Shown here: one piece after another, positions 14,036-27,548 of the stretch
Numbering within the stretch: the first letter of the stretch is position 1
How the letters are laid out: each line of letters begins with the position of its first letter
Origin: Malacoraja senta
Taxonomy: Eukaryota
Assembly (NCBI GenBank): GCA_038087875.1
Contig: JAXLNO010000472.1
Coordinates: 1-49,799 of the forward strand
DNA length: 49,799 nt
Direction: 5' to 3'
Program-made: the position numbers and the translations under genes
Notes under the pieces: model-generated
Database searches by the model: none
Told to the model about the DNA's origin: nothing
Seen by the model: only the letters and a program-made list of their open reading frames with translations

Positions 14036-15108
14036 ATTCAGGTGTGGAGATTACCTAATAATAGGAGTTTGGGGTGATATCAGCAGTTAAGCTTTCAAAA
14101 AGTAAAAGAAAAACTGGGGTCTTTCTTAAACCAGCTTTTATAATGAAGTTAGATGAAATTGTCAAAACTGCCATTGAAAGGTACTCTCTTGTTAATAGGT
14201 CCCAGTTATTTTGTGCTATGGATCTATGGCAATGGGAGCTGAGGTACAGACCAGTCATGATACAACTGGATAACTCAATAGGTTCAAAGTGATGAATTGC
14301 AAATTTCTGTTTATCTATTTCAGTGTGATTTCATTGCACTCCATTGACACATTAAAAGAGCCATCCCTTACTATTTAATGTTCTTTGATTTTTACTACAA
14401 AAATAGCAAAAATATAAGAGATAACTGTGCCATAATTTAAATGCCAAATTGAAACATTTAATTTTGAACACAAAAAGAAATGAGTCTCCAGAAGTAGAAA
14501 CACTTTTTGTTGGCAGCTGCTAATTAGGTCCATGCACATACTGTGCACGCCACAATTCATACTGACGGATTTTGTTGAGGAGTTCTTAAGGGAGATTAGG
14601 TTCCTCATCAGTTGCTTAATAATTCATACAACAACATGTTGCCAACTTTAAAGCAGCACTATTTTAAAACTGATAATTGTTTGCCTCAGTTTCTATACTA
14701 ACAATGGACCCACTATGGACCAATGTATGTCTTGCAGAAAGATAGAGAAACAAAGATGAGTGCGAGTCAAAGAGGGAAATGGAAGATAAAAAGAGTGCAC
14801 ACAATAAATAAATCAGAAGGCATTATCATGTGATATGTGCGTGTACAAAGGAGCTGAGACAACAGGTTCGTAGCCATACAAAATAATTTATATACAAAGA
14901 GTGGCATTTACGTTAACTGACATAAGCTATCGTTTGCAGAAATGGAAATACTGTATTCATTTTTCTTTTTCTCTGAAGTCAAAGAAATAAACTCTAGTAT
15001 TCAATATAATTTATCTGAGTAATGTAGTTGTCATAATAGAACAATAGTTGAAATCAAGAATAATTTAAGATTTGTTATTCAATGGTAAGCACATTTTATC
15101 ACATAAAA

Positions 15109-15460
15109 TGTGCTTACCCACCACTCCACCTCCAGGTCCCTCAGATCGTCCGACTTGGGGTTGCTGAATATCCCGCGGTCTAGGCATAAGCTCAGGGGCG
15201 ACCGCGCCTTTGCGGTTGCCGCTCCTAGACTGTGGAACAGCATCCCCCTTCCCATCAGAACTTCCCCCTCCATCGACTCCTTTAAGTCAAGACTAAAAAC
15301 GTATCTATACTCCCAAGCCTTTCTTGACGTCCTCTGAGCGAGGGCTATATGTATATATGTATGTAGTTTGTTTGTTTATACTATTCTTATAACAAATGTA
15401 AAGCACTTTGGCCAACGAGAGTTGTTTTTTAAATGTGCTATATCAATAAATGTGACTTGA
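15109..15460 (+). mobile_element. L2 LINE 3' fragment, same young family as 5617-6450
   Basis: Near-identical to 6095-6443 including the UTR and gtgacttga tail. Confidence 0.92.
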
Positions 15461-15800
15461 TAAACAATAATTTTGCATAAGAACAGGGTGCTCGAGGGGA
15501 AAGTTGGAATTTTAAAGTTTTGATAATGCATGCCAATCGTACATAAAATGTAACTTGTGAAACTTTTGGTTCGTCGAAGAAATGTGGGTCATTACTAGTG
15601 ATCTTGTATCTTGTGGTAAAAAATAAAGGACACTGTGTATGATTTGGTCCCTCATGGCTGCTTTGGTGAAGATATCTCTCCTCATCTCTATCCTGAATGG
15701 GCAATTCCAGTTATTAAAATACATGGTCAGATCACCACTGTAGACAACCAAAGTCAAGGAAACACTGTTACCGTTCACTTAAAAACCAAAACCATGTTTA

Positions 15801-15950
<150 letters not shown>

Positions 15951-16740
15951 TCAGATTTATTACACCCAACACACTTCCCAAGTTAGAACACACAACAGTA
16001 CAGCATAGGAACGCACTCTTCAGCCCACAATGTTTGGCCAACCATAATGCCAAGTTAAACTGATGTCATCTGCCTCCACATGATCCATATCCCTCTATTC
16101 CCTGCCCTTTCACGTGCCTTCAAAACACCACTATCATATCTGCCTCCACCAGCACCCCTGGCAGTGTGCTCCAGGCTCCCACCACTCTCATGTAATAAAT
16201 GTGCCCCGCACATCTCCATTAAATGTTCCCCCACTCACCTTATAACTATATCTTCTAGTGTTGGATATTGGATAAAACAACAAAAAGTTTTGACTGTCTA
16301 CCCCATCTGTTCATCTCATAATTTTATGTAGTTCTATCAAGTCTCTCCTCAACCTCCAAAGTTTCAGAGAAAATAATGCGAGTCTATCCAACCTCTCCTC
16401 CAAGCTGAAATCCTCTAATCCAGGCAGCATTCTGGTAAACCTCCTCTGCAAACTCTCCAAAGCCTTCACATCTTTTCTGCAATGGGGCGACCAGAACTGC
16501 ACGTAATACTCCAAATGAGGCCTACCTGAAGTCTGATAGAGATGCATCATGACTCTTATATTCAATGCCCCATGCAATGAAGGCAAACATACCATGCGCC
16601 TTCTTTAACCTCCCTATCTACTTGTGCTGCCACCTTTAGCGAGTTATGAGCTGGACTACAAGATCCCTCTGCACATCAATGCTGTTAAGGGTCTTGCCAT
16701 TAACTGTATACTCTCTCTTTACATTCATCCTCCCACAATG

Positions 16741-17902
16741 ACACTAATGTGGCTGGTTTTGTAGATAGTGAAGATGATTGTAAAAAAAAAAAAGGATCTT
16801 GATAGGTTAGGCAGGTGGGCTGAGGAATGAATGATGGAGATTAATACAGATAAGTGCGAAGTGTTGCATTTTGGGAAGTCTAACCAGGGCAGGATCTTCA
16901 CGGTGAATAGCAGGGCCCCGGTGAGTATTGTAGAGCAAAGGGATCTAGTTCCTTGAAAGTGGTATCACAGGTAGATGAGGTGGTCAAAAAGGCTTTCTGC
17001 ACATTGGTCTTCATCAGTCAGAGTACTGAGTATAGAAGTTGGGAGGTTATGTTACAGTTGTACAAGACATTAGTGAGGCCACATTTAGAGTTATGGGTTC
17101 AGTTTTGGTCATCCGGTTATAGGAAAGATGGTGTAAAGCTGGCAAGGGTGCAGAGAAGATTTACAGGGGTGGTGCCAGGAGTCGAGGGCCTGAGCAATAG
17201 GGAGAGGTTCAGCAGGTTAGTACTATATTCTTTGGTGCGCAGGTGGATGAGGGCAAAGATCATGAGAAGAATAGATATGGTGAATACACAGTCTTTTACC
17301 CAGGATAGGGAAATAAAGAACCAGTGGTCATAGGTTTAAGGTGAGAGAGGAAAGATTTAATAGGAACCCGATGGGAAACTTTTTCACACAGAAGATGGTG
17401 GGTATATGGAATGAACAGCCAGAGGAGGCCATGGGCAGCATAGTGGCATAGCGCTGGAGCTGCTGTCTTATAGCACCAGAGACCCGGGTTCAATCCTGAC
17501 CACAGGTGCTGTTTGTACAGAGTTTGCATGTTCTTCCTGTGACCGTGTGGATTATCCTAGGTGCTCCGGTTTCCTCCCTGCACTCCAAAGAAGTTTAGGT
17601 TTGTAGGTTAATTCGCTTCTGTAAAATTGTAAATTGTCCCTAGTGTGTAGGATATTGATAGTGTAAGGGGTGATTGCTGATCAGCGCGGACTCGGTGGGC
17701 CGAAGGGCCTGTGTCCACGTTGTATCTCTAAAGTCTAAAGGAGGTCATCGTGGCAGTTACTATAACAACATTTAAAAGACATTTTGACAGGTGCTTGGAT
17801 AGGAAAGGTTTAAAAGGATTTGGCCAAATGCAGGCTGGTGGGCCAAGTGCAGATGGGGCAAGTTGGGCCAAAGGGCCTGTTTCCACGCTGTATGACTATG
17901 AC
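16741..17902 (+). mobile_element. CR1 3' portion inserted in an older CR1 and itself interrupted by a SINE
   Basis: LYKTLVRPHLELWVQFWS; FFTQKMVGIWN; tail tatgactatgact at ~17891-17902. Confidence 0.8.
17434..17738 (+). mobile_element. tRNA-derived V-SINE (HE1-like)
   Basis: A box gtggcatagcg, B box gggttcaatcc, V-domain gtgctccggtttcctccc...ctccaaaga, CR1-like tail with tctaaagtctaaag. Confidence 0.8.
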
Positions 17903-20900
17903 TCCCAAAGTACATCACGTTACACTTGCTCGGATTAAACTCCATTTGCAGTTTCTCTGCCCTTGGTCGATATCCTGCTATATCTTCTGACAGCATTCCT
18001 CATTGTTTGTAAATCCTCCAATTTTGTTGTCATCAGTAAACTTACTCTCTAACCGATCTACATTTATATCTAGGTCACTCATTTCTATCACAAACAGAAG
18101 AGGTCACGGCACAGATCTCTGCTGAACTCCAATGGTCACACACCTCCAGCCGGAATATCTACCTTCCACCTCAATCCTCCGCCTTCTACGAATAAACTAG
18201 TCCTGGATCCGTTCTGGGGTCAATCACTATATCCCCTTGTTAAAAATATACACGTCTAAGCATATAGTCTGCAGCAAAGTCCATCAATTAAATTGATTCT
18301 GTTGTTAACTATACATCGGTTCAAATATATCAATCTATTTTGACCTTTTCTCACTTCTAAGTTGTCATACTGCTACTGCTACCTAATATCCTCCACAGAA
18401 TAAGCTGAAACCCTTTTAATTAGATATTGGGAATATTGACACAATATTCCTTGATCTGACCACAAACTCCCAACTCCACCCCTCTGTGGCAAATGGTTGT
18501 TATGGAATCAGAGAATTTGCAGTTTTTATTATATTTGACCTGGCCTAGTGCTCCAGACCATATATTTAGGTATTTTAATGCTTCCAGCTTCCACCTATGA
18601 AACCCTCACATTTGCCTTTGTGATCTCCACATTTGATTGTCAGATACACTTCTCTGAGGCCTCACCATCTCCACCCTATAAACCTGATATTATCCTGACC
18701 TTAGCTGCTCTTTTCCAATCTCGCACTGCCCCATTTATCTATCAGTTGCTGGCTGAATTCTCGTCTACACTGCTATCTGGTTAAGCAACGTCTTGATTTT
18801 AAAATTCATAGTCGCACGGCACAGAAAAAGGCCTTTTGGTGCACCAAGTTCATGCCAACCATCTGCAACAATCCCATTTACCAGGATGTTATCTGTAGTC
18901 TTCTAAGACTTGGCAATTCAAGTGACCATCTAGACGCTCCTTTATTGTTGCGAGAGTACTCCCATCCGCCAAACTTTCTGGTAATGACTTCTAGATTCTA
19001 ACTAGACTGTGGCCGAAAAATAATTTCTCAGATTTCCTCTGAGCCCATGTTCTTGAGTTTTTCACACCTGTTTCCTGTTTATGTAAATCATAATTTTCCT
19101 CACAGTTTCCTACATTACACTTCATCTGACAATTTTGCATCCACTCACTTAACCTTTGCAGGCTCTCTTATCTTTCAAGCATCATCAGAAAATTTGGCTA
19201 CAGTATGCTGATACCTTCAAAGTCCTCGGTATAGATAATAAATAGTTTAGGTTCTAGCACCAATGCAATCTCATAGTTACTAATTGCTAATTGAATAAAT
19301 GACCCATTTATCCAGATGGTTTCCTGTTATTTAACTACCTCCCTTTCCCCCCTCCATATAGTACTCCAACTTCTTGTCCTCTCATTGTATGTAGTTAAGA
19401 ATACCAAAAGTGGGGTATTAATGGCTGGACCAAAGACAAGGAGTGATATCTATTCTTTGTGTTCGACCAGAAGGGAGTATCTTTGAATAACTGAAATAAT
19501 ATGTTCACCATAATTTGACAACCTTTGCACTGAAAAATTATTCATAGTACTTTTCTTTCATGTTAATTGTGCTGCTAACACTTATCTATGTGGTCACAGT
19601 TGATTTTCTCATGTTTCTTTACCTGAATTTAAGCAGTGGAATATGAGAAAACCTGATAAAAATGTTTTCAACAGTTGAATGAGATTTTCCAAAAATCAAA
19701 GAACCAAGAAAGGTACCAAAGCACGGCTTGGGTAAGTTTAAAGGATACATATAACTAGAATGTTTTTAACGGCTATGTGATCAGTTGTGTAGAATAAAAA
19801 GCTGAGAAAGACCAAGGAAATTCAGGATCGACAATTTTAAGAGTGACTTGCTACAAAAAGGGAGACAGAGGTCAGAAAGAGCGAAGCTGGATCAAAACCA
19901 ACCACAGTTGTGTGGAGTCTGGGGGAGTGAGACCAGAATATTAATGGCATTCATAGCAGTGATGCTTTTTCTTGCATGATTATTCATGCAATTTGTGGTC
20001 GTACTCTAAAACTGTGGTTACATGCTGTTGTGCGCAATATAATCTAGTTACATGCACCTGTTTCAAAGGATAATCTGCCTTCAGCAATGACAGTTCATCA
20101 TAGCACGTAGACTAATTTCTGGAGCAGACCAAAAAAAATTGTAAACAATTGAACTATTATGTAACCTAAGAACAAATAATTGCTTACAATTGTAATTTAA
20201 CTGACAATGTAGTTACTGTGTAAATCTGAAAAAGTTATTTTGAGTTTGCATGCTCAAATGCAAATGCAAGCTTTACATTTTAGCATTAAACCTCAGATTT
20301 ATCCCCTGTGCATGGCATAAAATGTTGAAGGTGCAAAGAGAAAAGGGAGAGAATGAATATCTAATGCAGATCTTTACTGTTAGATAATTAAATAAGATAT
20401 TACTGATAGATATTTACTGATAGATAATTAAATAAGATATTTCTCCAAAATCCTAAGGAAATATATCTGTGTCTGTTATGACCCTCCAAAGTGCACACCT
20501 CAAATTGTGTTATACCTTCCCTCCATACTTTTCCAGTTCTACCACTGTATTGTGGTAATATGAATAGCAGCAAATTGAGCAGCATAAATATCTTTCTCAT
20601 TAAAAATGTTCAGTCTTTCAGCAGGGTGCACAATGTTAGCAGCAAATACAACAAAAATTGAAACTCAGAGCAAATTAAAAAAGCATTTCCATTCGCCATC
20701 ATAATCCACAGTCCGGAATGATCCTTAAATTAAATGACTGATGAAAATTTCTCCTTTTACTTTTTGAGGAAGATACAAGTGGAATGAATTTAACCATAAA
20801 TCTTTGGTATTCAGCTTCTGCAATAGTGCCAAAGCCTTAGATATTTGAGATTTGCATTTTTTATAATAATATACTTTTGAGGGTTTTTTGGGGTAAATTT

Positions 20901-21081
20901 TGTTCACAGAATCAAGTTCTAGAAAATATAGGAGCATCATCTACTGTATAACACGTCTCCAGTCTTGGATCAAAGGAGATTGTGAGAAATCTGCTGGGCA
21001 GTGATGTACCAGTGCATACAACCTCAGACATCTGAAAATTATCTTCCAGATAATTAACCAACAACCACCTCATTCTTGCTA

Positions 21082-21408
<327 letters not shown>

Positions 21409-21739
21409 TTAACATTGTTTTACCCTACACTTTTGAGAAATGTATAATTCATGCACAATGTTAAGAGATTGAACTGATCCACAGAATAAATAGTAAGAGA
21501 ATCATCTCAGTTTTGTTCAAGTTTCTCAATGAACCAACACTTCTAATCCAAACTGAAGCAGCACAAGTATCGGCTCTTGAACACAATTGCAATGAAAAGT
21601 AGTTACAAAGGAGTATTTGCTGATCAGAATCAAAGGTTTATTTCAAGGGCACCAAAACCTCAGCCTTTTTAAGCAGTGACACAAAATTCTTAAAGCTCCC
21701 ACAGTATTTTATTTTACACACTTTAGCTCAAGACTGTGT

Positions 21740-22550
21740 TATCCCTATATGATTTCTTGAATATCCATAAATCTATCAATCCCTGCTTTGAATGTAATCA
21801 ACGGGCGAGTTCTGCAGCCTATAAAAAAAGTAGAGAATTCCACAGATTCACCAAGATCTGAATGAAAAAAAATTATCCATACCTTAATCCTAAGTGGTCT
21901 ACCTCATGTTTTGAGACTACCGTTTCTACACTTTTCAACTAGAGAAACTCCAAACTCTGGAGAATAGAGGACCAGCCTCTTTATTCCTCTCATTGTATGG
22001 CTGACCTGCCATCTCTGGAACCAGTCTGGTGAATTTTAACCACATGTCCTGTACAACATGTGCACCTTCCTCAGGAAAGGATACCAAAATTGCACACGAT
22101 ACTTCAGATGTGGTTCAAGTCCCTATTCAGTTGTACCTAAATCCTCAACCAATAATGACCAAAATACCATTTACATTTCTAATTGCAAGCTGCACTTGAA
22201 TGCTACTTGTGTCCAAGAACATCAACAGTTCCCATTCTCTCGCCAATGAAAAAATATTCAGCATTTTTGAAAATGAAATGGATAAACTCATATTTTTCTA
22301 CACTGTACTCAATCTTCCATGTTGATGGCCACTCACTAAACTCTCCACAACCCCATGTCACGTCACTATCATTACTACGCACATTACCACCAAGTTAGTG
22401 TCATTGGCTTAATTCAAAGTGTTACATTTGGACTCCAAACCAATTCATTGATGCAGATTATGGCAAGTGGGGGCTCGGGTACAGATCTCTGCAGCAGCCC
22501 AGAGGTGATGGCTTGCCAACCTGGGACAAACCCAGTTTGTTCTTCTGTCT
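21740..22550 (-). mobile_element. Highly decayed CR1 3' portion
   Basis: gagaattccacagattcacc, accaaaattgcacacgatacttcagatgtgg and other CR1 landmarks. Confidence 0.6.
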
Positions 22551-23250
22551 GCAACAACTAAATTCGAAGCACTAAAATTTCACACAAATCCACAGTGAAT
22601 GTATTTGTTCAGAAATTGCTGCTTCAGCAAGGTATACATTTTCCAATCACATGAGGTAGATGTTTTGTTTAAAAGATCAATTTCTAAAGATTCTGTGTTT
22701 TTTCTTTGTGCGCTCCATTATTGTAGAGTGGAATTCTGGTGGTTCCCAAATCTGCATGACTCTTACTCTAAGCCAGTTGTACATGGAGGCCCAAGGCAAA
22801 GGACCTGAAGTTTAGTGATGAACTTATTCGGTGTTATGATGTTGATGGCTGATCTGTAATCAATGAATAGCTTCCTGAGATTGATGTTCTTATTAAGGTA
22901 ATACAGGGCTAAATGTAGCTCGAGAGATGTCATCCTCCATAGACCCATTTTTTTGGTACATTAATTGCATGGGGTCAAGAATTCCCAAAGACTGGAGCAA
23001 ATGAGCTTTTCAAAGCAATTCATTATGGTTAATTCTGGAGCTACTAGGCCGTCATTGAGGTAGGTCATTTTATTTTTCTTGGAGCTGAATGATGGAGGTT
23101 TCCTTGAAGCAGATGTGAACAGAGGACTGTTGAAGTGAGAGTTTGAAGACATTGGTGAATACTGTGGCCAGATTGGCATATGATTTCAGAACCTGCCAGT
23201 GACTCCATCTGGTCAGTGCTTCCCAATAATTAACTTCTTTTTTTTTTTAA

Positions 23251-23440
23251 AGAGATACAGCGCAGAAAAAGGCCCTTCAGCCCACCGGGTCCGCGCTGAC
23301 CAGCAATCCCCGCACATTAACATGATCCTACACCCACTGGGGACATTTTTTTAAAAACATTTTACCGAGCCAATTAACCTACAAACCTGTACGTCTTCGG
23401 AGTGTGGGAGGAAACCGAAGATCTCGGAGAAAACCCATGG
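23251..23440 (-). mobile_element. V-SINE 3' half
   Basis: Reverse complement of the 17550-17730 V-domain and tail. Confidence 0.8.
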
Positions 23441-23599
23441 AAAAACCCTTGTGAAAGCAGATCTAACGTCTGCCACCAAGATGTATGCGACCGAGGCAGC
23501 AGGTGTCAGGGATTTGCACCTGAGTGGACCTTTGCTTGCCTACTCAAAAAGAATGTAAAAGGCATTAAGCTCCTCCAGGAAAGATGCATTGTTTATACG

Positions 23600-24663
23600 T
23601 AGACAAAAATGCTGGAGAAACTCAGCGGATGAGGCAGCAAACAAAAAGGGGAAGCCGTCGAGTGTGGCTGCCCTGCCAGCAGCTGTTAGTCTTTTCACCA
23701 TTTTTTTTATTTTTAGTGAGTTAAAGTGTTTGTTTTGGAGGTCTTTTAGTCTTTTATGTGGTGGGTGGGGGGAGGGGAAGGAGGAAACTTTATTTCCTGG
23801 TCCCTACCTGGTCGGAGAGGCGGCTTCCCTCCGAGCTGCTTCTTCGCCCCCCTCCTCACAGCCTACCATCGGACTGGAGCGGCCTTTCCTGTCGGGACCG
23901 GCCGGGACTGCAGCTTCGGCGGCGGCACAGCGCGGGGACACCATCACGGAGCGGGCGATGCCTTACCGGGTCGCCGTGCGGTAAGCTCCGGAGTGCTATG
24001 ACCGCCGACTTCAACATCCGAGGAGCTGTGGCTGCAGGCGTCCAGCTGCGGGCGGCGCTGGATTTAAAACACCGCGGAGCCTGGGATCCGAGATCGCCAG
24101 AGTCGGAGCTCCAGCCAACGCGGCCTGAGGACTTCGGGTCCGCGGTCTCCGGGGAGGAAGCGGCCGCTCCAGACATTTCCAGGCCGCTGAGGAGTGTTCA
24201 CCCGACGCCAGAGTTCCAGCTTTCCGGCAAGAGGGCCTGAAAACATCGGACTGGCTGCGGAGGCCACAATAGGCCCGACTATGGGTGAACAGGGGATGGG
24301 ACTGGACTTTGCTGCCTTCCCTCACAGTGGGAACCATTGTGGGGGGATTTTTTATGTTTATTGTTAAATTCTTTAATGTTGTGTCTTATCATTATTCGTG
24401 TGCTGCAATGGCAAGTCAAATTTCACTACACCAATTGGTGTATGTGATAATAAATGTCCTTTGTATCCTTTGTAGCATCTATGGAGCGAAGGAAATGGGC
24501 AACGTTTCGGGCAGAAACCCTTCTTCAGAAGGGTCTGAAGAAGGGTTTCGGCCCGAAACGTTGCCTATTTCCTTCGCTCCATAGATGCTGCCTCACCCGC
24601 TGAGTTTCTCCAGCATTTTTGTCTACCTTCGATTTTCCAGCATCTGCAGTTCCTTCTTAAACA
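23600..24663. mobile_element. Palindromic Penelope-derived short element split by an insertion (23600-23639 plus 24470-24663)
   Basis: Joined halves match the intact copy at 28862-29081. Confidence 0.8.
23640..24470 (+). mobile_element. GC-rich non-autonomous retroelement with Rex1-like 3' tail
   Basis: Shares head (gtggctgccc..ccagcagct), core (gacttcaacatc) and tail (gccttcc.tcacagtg...aatttcact...aataaa) with copies at 29905-30135, 32858-33192, 34165-34860 and 39243-39306/42650-42790. Confidence 0.65.
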
Positions 24664-26099
24664 AACTGCATTGTTTATATTCAGGCCCTGCCAGTCACCT
24701 GGCATCCACTTGACTAAATTGGTTTCAGACGTTCTCTTGGCACCCCTGATACCTTTGGCTTCTTGTACAATGCGGGATCATACTTCTAAAAAATGTTGGA
24801 TCTGGTCTTCAATAGAGAGCAAATTTTGTTGATCATCCAAGGTCTCTACGAAAGACATGCCTCAAATGTTTTTGTTAAAACGTAATCATCATCGCGTTTG
24901 CTGATGAAACCAGCGATGTCTGCAGAATACTCATTCAAGCTGGAGGATCCTGAAGTGGCTAGACTCAGCCTTCCCAGATCTCCACTACACAGTAAGCCCT
25001 TGCTATAACAGACTATTGTGGGGGGGTGAAATGGTGTCTGTTATTGTTGGTTATCCACTGTAACAACGTCTTACTGAGTATTAGAGTATCATTGTATAAG
25101 CAGTAGAAACAAAGAATACCCTCTGCTGGTAATGCACAATGGGACACAAAGTGCTGGAGTAACTCAGGTAGCATCACTGGAGAACATGGACAGGTGACAT
25201 TTCTGTTCAAGACCCTTCTTCAGACACTTGGCCTGTAACTGGGCCTGGAATCGAGGGGAGTTGACAGTCCTGGCCTGCTTGCAGCCAGGGGAGAGTCATT
25301 GGCTGCGGCACGTGGACAGCCGGAGTGTAGGTAAGGGTTGACGATGGCAGCGCCAGGAGGCGGCCAAATAAGATGTACGAGCTGATGGGGGAGGCATTAA
25401 GTCCAGCCTGGAAGCAGCTGGGGAGGCCTGTGGGTCAGCATCAGCAGTCCGGCCTGCGGTGAAGGTTGGTAAGTCCGTCCATTATAACCAAAATCTGTTA
25501 CAAAGAGATTCAAACTAACAATGATTTACTGTATTCCTCTTTTCATTTGTGCCTTGCATTTCTGTCTCCGTTTTTAAACTGGCAGAAGCAGAACTGACAG
25601 ATGATCAAAGTGGCCACAAAGAGTGCAAGGGATGGAATTAAATTTGTAATTGATAGGCGTGTAGCTGTGATCAAGAGTGTTATTAACTGCCATGAAGCTG
25701 GAGTCATGCTTACAGTATTTGTTGTGTGCATTAACAAGATTGAAGTCACTGGCAATGACAAACAGGGCATCGGAATTCACTGTCTTGAGAGAGCTGATGA
25801 CAGAGTATCACTTTGGTGCTGGTTTGGATGGTATGTACAATGCTGACAAGATGATAGAGGTGAATTGGTATACAAAAGGGATGGAATTTTAAGAACAACC
25901 ATTCCAGGTTGGTCAGCGAAGACTGGCACATCAGTGCGCCCAGAAACACTGACCAAAAAGCAGATGCTGCCACTTTTCTCCTTGCCTGACAATTCTGTGC
26001 AGTCCGCATGATAAATGGAAAACACATTGGAAAACACGCTGGTTAATACACAAAAGGACACAAAGTGCTGGAGTAATTCAGCGGGTCAGGCAGCGTCTA

Positions 26100-26282
26100 C
26101 TCCCCATGGGTTTTCTCCAGGAGCTCCGCTTTCCTCCCACACCCCAAAGACATACAGGCTTGTAGGCTAATTGTCTTGGTAAAATTGTAAATTGTCCCTT
26201 GCGTGTAGAATAAATAGTGTTAGTGTGCGGGTATCGCTGGTGGGCCTAAGGGCCTATTTCTGAATTGTATTTCTAACCTAAA
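26100..26282 (+). mobile_element. V-SINE 3' half
   Basis: gggttttctccaggagctccgctttcctcccacaccccaaagac and tail. Confidence 0.75.
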
Positions 26283-26346
26283 CATGTTCACGAAGTAACA
26301 TTGGCAGAGAATTAGTCATGGAGTTTAACACCAGGAGTACGAGCTA

Positions 26347-27548
26347 CAGTGCCTCCATAATGTTTGGGACAAAGACCCGTCATTTATTTATTTGCCTCTG
26401 TACCCCACAATTTGAGATTTATAATAGAAAAAATCACTGCGGTTAAAGTGCACATTGTCAGATTTTAATAAAGGCCATTTTTTAATACATTTTGGTTTCA
26501 CCATGTAGAAATTACAGCAATGTTTATGCATAGTCCCCCCATATCAGGGCACCATAATGTTTGGGACACAGCAATGTCATGCAAATGAAAGTAGTCATGT
26601 TTAGTATTTTGTTGCATATCCTTTGCATGCAATGACTGCTTGAAGTCTGCAATTCATGGACATCACCAGTTGCTGGGTGTCTTCTCTAGTGATGCTCTGT
26701 CATGCCTGTATTACAACCATCTTTGGGGGCTAGTCCCCTTCAGTTTTCTCTTCAGCATATAAAAGGAATGCTCAATTGGGTTCAGATCGGGTGATTGACT
26801 TGGCCACTCAAGAATTGACCATTTTTTTGCTTTGAAAAACTCCTTTGTTGCTTTAGCAGTATGTTTGGGATCATTGTCTTGCTGTAGAATGAACCACCGG
26901 TCAATGAGTTTTGAGGCATTTGTTTGAACTTGAGCAGATATGATGTGTCTATACACTTCAGAATTCATTATGCTGTGGCGGCTCCCAAGGGTCGGGCCAT
27001 CCTAACTGTCAAACCCCTCGGCACGGGAATGGTTCAGTCCAGAGGCGGCCCTTAACCAGAGGGATTAAAGGCAAGGGTTTGGGTGTCATCTTCCTCTCGT
27101 GGACTTCCCTACAACCTGGAAGGACATAATAAAAGGTACCTCCCGAAATACCTGGCTCCTCGCTTTCATTTCGGGACCTACGCCCCACAATGCTACCATT
27201 AGCAATTGTATCATCAATGAAGATAAGTGAGCCAATACCCTCAGCAGCCATAGATGCCCAGGCCATAACACCCCCACCACCATGTTTCACAGATGAGGTG
27301 GAATGCTTTGGATCTTGGGCAGTTCCTTTTCTCCTCCATACTTTGCACGCCATCACTCTGATATGTTAATCTTCATGTCATCTGTCCACATGACCTTTTT
27401 CCAGAACTGTGGTTGCTCTTTTATGTACTTCTTGGCAAACAGTAACCTGGCCATCCTATTTTTGCAGCTAACCAGTGGTTTGCATCTTGCAGTGCAGCCT
27501 CTGTATTTCTGTTCATGAAGTCTTCTGCGGACAGTGGTCATTGACAAT
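26347..27548 (-). mobile_element. Tc1/mariner transposon: 3' part with long TIR and decayed DDE transposase
   Basis: TA then cagtgcctccataatgtttgggacaaagacc; TTVRRRLHE, FWKKVMWTDD, VKHGGGGVMAW, QQDNDPKH, WPSQSPDLNPIEH. Confidence 0.93.
26974..27189 (+). mobile_element. 216-bp solo LTR (Gypsy-like) inserted in the Tc1 transposase
   Basis: TGTGG...CCACA termini; perfect 4-bp TSD ATGC (26970-26973, 27190-27193); AATAAA at ~27128; removal restores NGSIMNSE. Confidence 0.85.

Larger units (their letters stand above)
15985..18200 (-). mobile_element. Old CR1 (pieces ~15985-16740 and ~17903-18200) split by a plus-strand CR1
   Basis: RPHLEYYVQFWSPHCRKDVKALE in the lower piece; QMEFNPSKCNV in the upper piece; the two are collinear across the junction (ctccca at both breaks). 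Confidence 0.75.
22760..26040 (-). mobile_element. Fragmented Rex1/Babar-like LINE (APE endonuclease ~25500-26040; RT ~22760-23230) broken by younger insertions
   Basis: YHADCTELSGKEKSG, SDFN, NTLDHSY, FDHLSVLLLP; LNDGLVAPELT.IMNCFEKL; LFIDYRSAINIITPNKFITKL. Confidence 0.65.

Noticed and set aside
17434..17505. tRNA gene
   Set aside because: A and B boxes are the head of a SINE and run straight into the V-domain; no complete cloverleaf.
20373..20443. Short local duplication (actg.tagataattaaataagatatt) and similar ones at ~29264-29301 and ~44399-44462
   Set aside because: Ordinary slippage-type duplications with no further structure.
23589..24337. Cluster of overlapping 100-160 aa ORFs as a novel gene (also 34066-34793)
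   Set aside because: GC-rich repeat sequence is poor in stop codons in all frames; there are no recognisable domains and the ORFs are not conserved between copies.
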